Position numbers and translations under genes: made by a program. The notes under the pieces are model-generated. The model searched no databases, was not told the origin of the DNA, and saw nothing but the letters and a program-made list of their open reading frames with translations. Source: Zygnema circumcarinatum SAG 698-1b (Eukaryota; Plantae; Zygnematophyceae). Taken from it: a DNA stretch of 63,992 nucleotides. How positions within the stretch are numbered: position 1 is the first letter of the stretch; each line of letters opens with the position of its first letter. The stretch spans positions 1,302,001-1,365,992 of the forward strand of contig CM074820.1 of NCBI GenBank assembly GCA_037447605.1, read 5' to 3'. Positions 1 to 14,473 of the stretch are shown here, piece after piece.

Positions 1-819
1 CCGCCCTGGTCCGCGGTGCCAGCGCGGCATGAGGAGAGGACGTACGGATGGCGTGCGCGTGGGCGGAGGGCTCTCATTGGGCCCCCGCCGACAAGCCCTC
101 ATCATTGCTGTACGGTGGGGCGCTCTCAGCCGTCGATGTGGGAAATCGGACGGCTGGATCGCGCCGGCAGGTGGGCTGCTGTGCTGGCGCCGGCGCTTCA
201 TGGCGGGCTTGGACTATGGGGCCGTTTCCTTGTAGGCAAATCGAGTTTGTTGTTGTGACGTCGTGCGTACGTCATCGATACCTGCCACGCCCGGTCCCTT
301 GGCTTCGTGACCGTATTCGAACTCGAAAATGGGGTAGAGTTATTCATAAATTGTAGATTTTCTTCCACGTGGCGGCCAGCGGATCGAGATATCTGGCCTG
401 TCGTCACGTGGCGGCAGCCAGTTGGAGCAAACGGTCCCTATTTTGGCCGATTGTCAACCGATTGCGCCGGTTTCAAGCAGGAGCGGAACGGCTCGCAAGT
501 TTGTTGCTACAAACCTGCGTCGGGCTGAATTTACAACTTTGTGACGGAAGCGGAACCGAAAAGGACGGAGACTACGTCAGAAATTGTCGTGAAAGATATT
601 TTGGACTTATGGGATTTTTAGGCGCGAGAACCGCGCGACGCTGTGATTTTGTTTTTTGCGGTTCGTGGGAATCTGATTATGCGCCGGAAGTGTCACGTGG
701 CAGAATGGCTCTCAACCGTCGATGCGAATAACGGACGGTCCAGTTTGGACGACGGGTAGATGAAAATCCTGCCGTTCTATGTGAACGCAGCTTCGTCCTG
801 CGTTGATAACTGCCTTTAT

Positions 820-1724
820 CAGGGTAGTGATATTTCCACCCCTTTTTTGGATCCAAACACCCCTTCCCGGCCGGGCAGATTTCAAAAAGGATTAAAAACG
901 GAAAATGCTTTCTTCACACCTTTTTGGAATCGATACCACCCTCCGGCAGATTTTATTTCTGCGAAACAAGGAAAATGATAACCCGTCACCCCATTTGAAT
1001 ATCCCGCCTACCTGAATCACGCGTGCGGTCAATCGCAGCCGTCGATTCCCTCGCAGATCGCAACACTGCAGATCACTATTTGATCGGCAGCCGGGCTCGG
1101 TCTCAGCGCATGGCACGAGCCCACGTATTGTCCGTACAAATGTCATACGGTCGCAACTTGAGGAACCCAAAATTTCGTACATTGAGATCTTAGACCAATC
1201 AAAAATTTCCACGTCAAAAATTTAACACGTGGCAGATGTTGATTGGCTGGGAGCTAACAATGACGAGATCTCGGGCCGAAGGACGCCCGCACTCGCTCGT
1301 GCGATTTGGCTTTGACGGGACTCGTGGGCGCTTTCCATTCGCTAAGATCGAGCCCGGCTGCAGATCGAACGGTGATCTGCAGTGGTGTGATCTGCGAGGG
1401 AATCGACAGCTGCGATTGACACACACGTGTGAAGGACGGACACCCGCGAACGATCTCGTGGCGGACGGATCTTCCGCTCGGGCAGGCAGATATTTCTTAC
1501 CCTCAAAAAAAAAATTCAGGGAGGCGGGATACAGTATTCAAAATGCGGTGACGGGGTATCATTTTCCTTGGTTAGCAAAAATAAAATCAGCCGACGGAAG
1601 AAGGTGGGTATCGATTCCAAAAAGGTGTGAAAAAAGCATTTTCTGTTTTTAATCCCTTTTGAAATCTGCCCGGCCGGGAAGGGGTGTTTGGATCCAAAAA
1701 AGGGGTGGAAATATCACTACCCTA
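820..1724. mobile_element. Non-autonomous foldback / hAT-like element with ~300-bp imperfect terminal inverted repeats
   Basis: 820-1017 is the reverse complement of ~1513-1724, and ~1019-1128 of ~1322-1428. Ends read CAGGGTAGTGA ... TCACTACCCTA (CAGGG/TAGGG asymmetry as in Ac/Ds). No transposase ORF and no recognisable TSD. Confidence 0.7.
1195..1246. promoter_or_regulatory. Inverted ERSE-I dyad (copy 1), in the spacer of the foldback element
   Basis: CCAAT caaaaattt CCACG, 14-nt spacer, CGTGG cagatgttg ATTGG; both halves are perfect CCAAT-N9-CCACG. Confidence 0.55.
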
Positions 1725-1948
1725 TCATTTTCCTTGTTTCGCAAAAATAAAATCTGCCGATGGAGGGTGGGTATCGATTCCAAAAAGGTGTGAAAAAAGC
1801 ATTTTCCGTTTCTAATCCTTTTTTAAATCTGCCCGGCCGGGAAGGGGTGTTTGGATCCAAAAAAGGGGTGGAAATATCACTACCCAATATCAGGTGTGAT
1901 ATTTTTCGAGGGTAGTGATATTTCCACCCCTTTTTTGGATCCAAACAC
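1724..1948. repeat. Extra tandem copy of the foldback right arm (1724-1885) plus a truncated left-end stub (1909-1948)
   Basis: 1724-1885 repeats ~1557-1722 almost exactly; 1909-1948 repeats AGGGTAGTGATATTTCCACCCC...GGATCCAAACACC of 821-861. Confidence 0.85.
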
Positions 1949-4651
1949 CAGATTTTCTGGCGTTTGAAACGAGTGTCAGCAGCAGGATTTTATCCTGCGT
2001 CGCGATGGCTCCAGTCCTACAAGTTTGACCGTACCAGTCATTCTCAATCCAACGGTCCTGCTGTGCCGTGCCACCCGATCTCGATTGGCGCAATCCAACG
2101 GTCGAGGAGCTGCGCGGCGACGACCACCCCCCAGAAGGCACCAACGGTCAAAACGTGACCCGTGACACGATCCATCCGCGATCACAAGGCCGGATATCTC
2201 GCAGTCGTAATCCGACGGTCCAAGATCGTCGGATTGCCACGTGGCGCATTCAGAGCGAAGCCGTACCCTTCCTCTCGCGGCGTTCCAATCGTACGCGCCG
2301 CTTGACGTGACGTGACGTGACGGATCCGCGATCGAAACCCTTCCTCAGTGACTTTATCAAGGCTCTGCGCACCCGCATTCGCGACCATGTTGGCGCGGAC
2401 CATGACCTGCCCAGAGCCCGCCGAGCCTCTGAGCCTTACGGTAGGCAAGAAGATTCATGGAGGACCTGGAAGATGCTGTGTTTGAACCGAGCAATTTTAC
2501 AGCAATGCGATCCTCCAACCAAGCCATTTCTCTGGCCAAGTTCAGTTCGTGCCAATTTGTCATCCCCCATCGCATAGGTCAAGTTTGACAAGTGCTTTAC
2601 AGTGCTGGTGCTGGTACTACCAGCGACGTCATTGGACAACTAAGCATCGTTTCAACAACCTGAGGGATATTGGAACCAATGCCAAATTTCAGGCGGAAAT
2701 GTAGCTGGAGCTCACTGGATGGGCATTTGTGTTTGATAATGCTTCAGGAGTTCGTCCCATGCTCTGCAAATTCCAACCAAATAGCTTCTAACTCCAGGTC
2801 TAGGTTCTAGGACTAGGTCTTCCGATGTTCACTCAACTCCATATTAGTATAAGAGCCTTAGTATAAATGCTGCCAAGCCACATTTTCACCACTACAGGAG
2901 GGCGTGTCAACCTTTTGACATTGCGCTTGAGGTTTAATTTGGAGATAATACTTTCAGATTTCACTTCGACTACCGTAGTTCGAGCAACGCTGCATCGCCT
3001 GCCTTGGTTTACAGCGCTGCCTCGCTTTTTATCTTACTTTTGCTCCTTAGACGGCCCACAGGTGTTGGTCCTTCCGGCCGCCCCTCCGGGTCCCGCATGG
3101 CCGGCCTTCGAGAGCAGAGAAAAGCAGAAGCAGAGTGCCCCTCAAAGCTTTTCGTTTGTTCTTAGGTCATTTGTAACCGGTAAGAGCCTTAGGTTCTCCA
3201 TTTTTTCTTTGTCGAAGTACATGTCATGGCATCGCCATCTTGAAATCAATGTCAATTCATCTAAGGCCATCTTCTGGTTTCGAATGTTATTTCTTCAGAA
3301 AATGTCACAGGTTTAGATCTTTAGCTGAACACGCCCTAGCACTGAGATTTTATCAGTCCCTACTCCAAAAAAGTCAGTAAAGGAGAATATTCTCCCGCGA
3401 GAGAGCACCCTGAACTCTGTAAACCATTACTGTACGCGAACGATACTTGTGCTATGTTGCAGAACTGACTGCTGCCTGGCCAGTTGCCAAATTAGGGCAA
3501 ACTCGAGCTGCACTCGACTATGCGGCCCCTCAAGTATCTCCCCATCAATCTGAACCACCGCTTCCTCAAGAGCACAACACACTGCCTTTCAAACAATTGA
3601 AAGAAATGCATCACCCGGTTGATCCGTTTCTGCCAAAACTTTACATTCAGCAAATGAAAAATGACTACAGCAAAGCAAAACGAGTGAAGTGAGGAAAGGA
3701 GAAGCCGAAATTTCTCAATGGCTGTATTCAAAGGGACACCAATGACTATTGAATACAGCTACATTCTATCACACTAGGAAAAGCTAGCTGGCAGCTCCGA
3801 ATGCAAATGCAAGTTTACTTTTCCTCCTCGTGCACTGCTGCCTATACGAGTAGATTGTATGACATCCATTGATCAATATTAATATCCTATCAATAAGGTA
3901 TATCTCTATCTGTCACTGTTCATTATGTTTTCACGGGGCATGAGCCCATACTTTCACCAATAAGCTCTCACAGCGGCGATAATGGTCAGTGAAGCTTTAG
4001 AGAGGACATTACAATTCAGTACTTGGATCGAGAGTGCGAAGACAGGGGAATAGTCTGCTATCCTGAGCCTTTTGGGGACTCCATGGCAGCAGGCGGAGCT
4101 TCCTAACTGCCAGACGCCACTAACCCTAAAATGGAGCAGGAGAACATGCCAAGTAGATAATACTCCAGAGCCAATAAAACATAGGGTTCAACTTTGCTGC
4201 TTAAAAGAAGCCAAATATAGATTCCATATCATCTGCAAACAAATCGCATAAAAACTGATCGACAAAAGATTTCTTTATGTCCTCCCACCCTCCTACAAAA
4301 GCAGGAATTCGTGCTTCGAAGGATCGACGGCTGAAGCAAGTGCAACAGAATCAAAAGACCGGCAATGCCTCAACATTTTATCAATGAGAGAGCAAATGTG
4401 AAGCTAAAGCATGGTTGCACAGCTGATATTAAGAGGAAACTAGAAAGTTTCACATTTGCATCAGTCACTACATTCTCCACATATTGAGTGGATTCCTAAA
4501 GCTGAGATTCCCATCTCAAAGAGAAGTCAAAGAAATCCCTACAGGCAGAGAGCTAATGGACTGTACTGCTGTAAAAGCCTGCCTAGGAGGTCAAAATTTG
4601 GAGAACTTGGCAATTATGGAAGAAGAATAAACAGCGAAGGGCAGAACTTTC

Positions 4652-5173
4652 TCATAAATCATAGAGAACACTCCAAGAGACGTCCTTCAACCCATTCCGA
4701 AAATCTGCATTCAATGTCCAGTTATTCTCCCGAAGCTGAAGGTAAGGCCGTTGCGTGATGAGATTGCATCCAATTTTCAACTTCAAATCCTGCTCCATAG
4801 TGAAGTTAAACACTTTTTGGCAAAGCTCCACCGACGCTCTTGTCTTCCACTTCTGCGAATTTGCATGCAGGTACAACCCTCCCTTCAAATCTAACGTGCG
4901 AGCTCCATTGTCCGTCAGTTCAATCGACTTCTTCCCCTTCACACTGTATGTCACTTCCCTGGTATCTAAGTCTATTTTCGTACCCACATCTATGGTGGTA
5001 AGGAGCTGTGGGAAGAACTTTTTGCGAATCTGCAGCGCCCCTGCCGCTCTCCCTGTGACAGTGTTGAGCCCGCCCTGCACCTGCAGCACCACGTTGCCTT
5101 CCCCTACAAAGTCTTCCTTTGCGTGCAGCGCCAGCTGCCTCTCCTCGGAGCTAAACCGCATGGAGGTCTCCAT
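4652..5173 (-). CDS. OEP21: Chloroplast outer envelope pore protein 21 (single exon, 173 aa)
   Basis: METSMRF start, LHAKE, KKSIELTDNG, FNFTMEQDLKLKIG and PYLQLRENNWTLNAD...W.V.YDL C-terminus match the OEP21 family signature. Confidence 0.93.
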   Translation of the reverse strand: METSMRFSSEERQLALHAKEDFVGEGNVVLQVQGGLNTVTGRAAGALQIRKKFFPQLLTTIDVGTKIDLDTREVTYSVKGKKSIELTDNGARTLDLKGGLYLHANSQKWKTRASVELCQKVFNFTMEQDLKLKIGCNLITQRPYLQLRENNWTLNADFRNGLKDVSWSVLYDL

Positions 5174-5507
5174 GGCGTCCTTGGGGTTTGCAAGCGCTCT
5201 GCCCTGCGCGCTCCTCCTCCGGGAAGGGGCAGGCTATGGCGGCTCTTCTCCCTCCCAAAACCCTAATTTCTGGCTGCAGCACTGCAGAGAAGACCCATCC
5301 GTTGGGACGTCGCCGCGACTTGAAATGGACTGCAGGCTAAACTTGGGTTAGCTTGGTGGATCTGGCAGTATCTGGTGGATCCAGACTGGTTCTGTACGTT
5401 GAACCGTTCAAGAGCGGTTTGTGCTATTTTGCCTGTGGGTTGACAATCGGGATATCCCGTCAAGATCAAATCGGGATATACCTCAATACGATAATTGTCA
5501 CTAAATA

Positions 5508-5690
5508 TTGCGATACGATTGTATATCGAGATGCACTGGAAGTCGGTATACCAGTTATCGATAGCAAGATATTTCGCGATACAGCAGCGTTCTCCTTGAA
5601 CCTTTTATTCTTTTACAGCAAAGAACGATACGATGCGATGCAAAATGATACGATACGATATGCTATTGTAGATATTATTGATACATTTGT
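5508..5690. repeat. CGATA/CGATAC-rich degenerate pentamer array between OEP21 and OBGC2
   Basis: Repeated cgatacgat / gatacgatacgata blocks; a similar array lies at 22436-22590. Confidence 0.6.
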
Positions 5691-5802
5691 CGCCACGTGG
5701 CGCGGCGAGAAGCAGGCTGAGCTGGAAAGCGGAGGCGGCGGTATTGCAAACCTTCAAACCTCTTTCTTTCAAATCCTAACCCTAATTCGGAGCAGGGCCG
5801 CC

Positions 5803-10553
<4,751 letters not shown>

Positions 10554-10756
10554 TGCCGCGGGTCCCGTCGTGGAAGAAAAGAGCCAATAAAGAGCCGACG
10601 GGCGGCTTCCTCCACACCTTTAAGTTATGGCCTTGGGGCGGCTCGTGTGCCGGATATCGCTTGTACTTTCTGAGTTGCATTTCTTTCGTTAGCTTTTGTT
10701 TTGATATATCAGAAATAGTGTGGCTGGATACTTTATGCTCTATTTAATTGCCATCG

Positions 10757-11012
10757 TTGGCGCGGAAACAAGCGCGCTCGGCGGGTTCAATTTTTTCTTG
10801 TGCCCAAGCGTTTGGAGAGGCAGGCGACGCCGAACAGGGGCCGCTCCCTTCCAATGAATAAATGCCACGTGGCTATGGGTCCTGTAAGGTGTCGCCACGT
10901 GTCGGCATAAAGTGTTTTTGAAAGGAGTGTTTTTTGTTGACAAAAACACTCCTCTCAAGGGGGCGCGCTTTCACTGCGAACTACTTGTCGAGCACCTTCC
11001 AATGACGACATG
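10757..11012. repeat. Dispersed repeat A (copy 1), G-box/CCAAT-rich
   Basis: Shares ttggcgcggaaac...gggttcaatttt...ccacgtggct...gacaaaaacactcct...ccttccaatgacgacatg with 13114-13323. Confidence 0.85.
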
Positions 11013-11079
11013 CCATGTGTACTGTGCGGCCAATGATATCATGCCACGTATACAGTGCGTCCAATGGTGACACGCTACG
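10999..11079 (+). promoter_or_regulatory. Three direct ERSE-like units at 31-bp period
   Basis: CCAAT-N9-CCATG (10999), CCAAT-N9-CCACG (11030, perfect), CCAAT-N9-CTACG (11061); another perfect ERSE-I at 10851-10869. Confidence 0.5.
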
Positions 11080-12169
11080 TGTATTTTGTGTTCTCTTTCC
11101 TTGTAAGACATAAACGAGGTACAAGAAAAGAAAAGGGAAAGGAAGTGGCGAGGCCATCGAATGTACATGAACAACATCAGCATGGGAAACCACGAGGAAC
11201 TGGTTACAAAGGACCTTAACCCAAAAGAAAAAAGCTAGGCGGAACTAGAGGTATTAGAATGTCTTCATAGTAAAGCAAAGCTCGCGATGGCAAAGCCCTG
11301 GAAACTCAAAAAGGGAACATTGAACTCAAATAAAATGGGGTTGTGTGAGGTTGGCAACTAGAGCGAGTGCCCGGCCAAGAAGCAGCCATGGATGGTTGGG
11401 AGAGCAGGCTCAACATGCGGAGTAGCCTCATGGTAGAAGGCCTGCATTGCTCTTACGCGCATATACCATGCAAAATTAAGAACATTTAGGCTGAGGGAGG
11501 GGACGGAAAGAATGGGAGAAGAGACCAATAGGAAGTGGGGTTTCCCTGGTCCCGAAAGACGAGTCGGAGAGGGGTAGGAGGGAGAGGGAGAGGGAGAGGG
11601 AGCGTGGGGAAGGTGGAAGAGAAAGAGAAAAAATACAAGAAGCACAATTAAGTGTAATCCGACGTTCTGATTGAGAATAATGCCTTTCAACTCAAAACAT
11701 TAAGGACCACCCTCAACTCTAAAAATCCGATCCCAAAGCACAAACTATGAGCACAATTCTTCCGTTTGGTTATTCCACTGGGAGGCCGTACAATACAAAG
11801 GCCTGCAACAAATGTTCATTCTCGTCTATCCCCAAAAGTAACTCCTCCTTGTTCCCCTTAAAGAGCCCGGACTCTCCAGATCGACCTTCATCGGCAAAAA
11901 GAGCTCTCTCAGATCAATGCAAATTTCCCCAAGCGTCTCAACCTTTGGATCTGACATTTGAATATTATAGCTACTCGAAATCTGATGATACACCGACATG
12001 TTACGATATTTTACAAAGCGATGAAGGCCGCCTTTCAGCTGCGGACTGCCCCGCCCTCCAATCAGCGACTTGTGCCCAACTTTCCGAACTTGGCATAACG
12101 TTTAACATGACGGAGTATGCGGCATATGAAATTGACAAGCCAAAAGAGACCTTCTATGAAATCATGAAT

Positions 12170-12506
12170 AAGGCGCTGCTGCTGCTGCTGCTGCTGCTGC
12201 TGCGAGGGAAGCGGGCGAGGTCGAGGGCGAGAGCGAGGGCAAAGGCTAGGGAGCTTGCTCTTAGGGCGTGCAAGCACCGAAGGCGCAGAGCGACAGGTAG
12301 ACACCTTTGGCGATCAACTCCGACAAGGCGTCGCCATGTATGCTCGTTCCCTTGCTTGAGCTTGCAGATTTCTTTATTTCTTCCGTTGTTTTCAAACTTT
12401 GGTATTGTTGAGGATTCCCTCATTTGAGGAAGGTGAAAACATTTGCTGATTGCTTTTTCCCTCGCGTTTTTTTCTGCAGGTCACAAGCAAGAGTCAGTGC
12501 TTCCTT
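12170..12506. repeat. Long inverted repeat, left arm
   Basis: Reverse complement of 12732-13094 (poly-GCT, GAGGGC repeats, then unique sequence through ...gagtcagtgcttcctt). Confidence 0.9.
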
Positions 12507-12731
12507 GAGGACCTTAAGCAACAGATATTCACGAGTCTGAGGAAGAAGAAGATTCGTTTGAGTCCATTGACAAACTCAAGTGGTCCTTCAAGCGCGAGTT
12601 AATGTTATTAGACTACCTGAAGTCTTTAAGTTAATTCAAGAAGATGCGTGTCTTTCGTAAGGATACAACATACAAACATCCTTCACAAGCTCTGCTTCAT
12701 GTTATGAAACAGTGCGATTGTCCAAGTTGTG

Positions 12732-13094
12732 AAGGAAGCACTGACTCTTGCTAGAGACCTGCAGAAAAAAACGCGAGGGAAAGAGCAATCAGCAAATATT
12801 TTCACCTTCCGCAAATGAGGGAATCCTCAACAGTACCAAAGTTTGATTGAGCTTGCTGCTTTGAAACCAACGATAGAAATAAAGAAATCTGCAAGCTCAA
12901 GCAAGGGTACGAGCATACATGGCGACGCTTTGTCGGAGCTGATCGCCGAAGGTGCCTGCCTGCCTGCTTGCTCTGCGCCTTCGGTGCTTGCAGGCCCTGA
13001 GAGCAACCTCCCTCGGCCTCGCCCTCACCCTCGCCCTCGCCCTCGCCCGCCTCCCTCGCAGCAGCAGCAGCAGCAGCAGCAGTAGCGGCGCCTT
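12732..13094. repeat. Long inverted repeat, right arm
   Basis: See left arm; the spacer between arms is 225 bp. Confidence 0.9.
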
Positions 13095-13113
13095 GCAGGA
13101 CAAAATACATTCT

Positions 13114-13323
13114 TTGGCGCGGAAACGAGCACGCTCGGCGGGTTCAATTTTTTTTCAATCATTTTTTGTTCCCTTCCAATGAAAAAAATGCCACGTGGCT
13201 GTGTGTCCTGTAAGGAGTCGCCACGTGTCAGAAAAAATGTTTTTTTTTTGACAAAAACACTCCTTTCAAGGGGGCGCTCTTTCACTGCGAACTACTTGTC
13301 GAGCACCTTCCAATGACGACATG
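13114..13323. repeat. Dispersed repeat A (copy 2)
   Basis: Direct repeat of 10757-11012 with an internal deletion; abuts the IR right arm. Confidence 0.85.
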
Positions 13324-14473
13324 GCATTCTCGGTCTAATCCCACCACTGAAAAGCATGGTCTCGAAGGATCGTTATTGGAATTCTGCAGCGGTTTTTATT
13401 TTCCTGTCCTGACGGATTTGACCAGCGAAGCTATGAATCTTGACCTGCCGAAGCTACAGATTTTCATCCGGTTGACCTATGGAGTTTGGCTTCTGGATAA
13501 GGCATACATGGCGTACGAAGAGGAACGATAGCAACGCAATTTGAAAGCCTCAGCGAACAAGGTAAACATTTTCCAAAACTTTTGTAACAAAACCAAAAGG
13601 CAGCTCCGTCTAAAATCCATCAACTTTGTCAAAGCTGCAGGTTCCCCTCCCTATAGGCCTTAGACTTTAATCGTTACACACTTATTGGAATTCAAAACCA
13701 TCATAATGAAAGGTACTTCCTTACCGAGAAAACAATCCCATGCCGATCACTCTCAAGTCTGAGACCTCCTGACAGGGGCCTTCAGTCTTCAGTCTTCAGT
13801 CAGAAAAAATCTGTAGAAAAGGAAATCGAAACTCTTCATTTCTCACGCAGGAGATCCGCTGCCTGAACAGTACGGAGTTTGATTTTATCTCCGTACAGAG
13901 AATGCCAAAATTGAGTGTAATCAAAGTTGGACCTTTATGCATTACTAATAATGCAGTGACATTAACCCTGACGTGTTCCCATTTAAGATAGCTATTGCAG
14001 CTTTTCCGCCCACACATAAGTGGACAGCCCTCCAATGCACAATTTCCAATACCCAATACAAAAGTTAAGCTAAGTCTGAAGATAAATAAACCTAACGGAA
14101 TAAATAAAACTAAGGGTAAACGGCTCGGTGCTGATTTTTTTTCTAAAAACTCACTCTTTTCTAGTAAGTTTAATCTAATTGCGTTGCCAGCAGAGTGTGG
14201 TTTGCTACTCGTCCTCTTCTGCCTCATATCATCATCAATATTGAGGCATCCTTCAGAAGCCGACCGAACCTGATCACTTTCCACAGATACAGTAAGAGGG
14301 CTCTTCCAGATCTGTCCCACCATGTATCCAAAGGTTGACCTTTTCCTGCCCATCACACAAGGCCACCTTCCTTCTCAACAATCTCCTTCCCTCCTCCGTC
14401 CTCATCTTGTTCCATCCTTGAAATCGCAGGTAGGATGTCTCAAATTATTATCAATAATTCCGGTATAAGGCAT

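Noticed and set aside
2385-4110. Possible gene (protein-like snippets such as ALEEAVVQIDGEILEG on minus and DITIQYLDRECEDRG on plus)
   Set aside because: I could not assemble a consistent exon chain on either strand or recognise a family; it needs RNA-seq or BLAST.
13796-14356. 186-aa minus-strand ORF
   Set aside because: It lies in or after the kinase 3' region, lacks an ATG context and has no recognisable motif.
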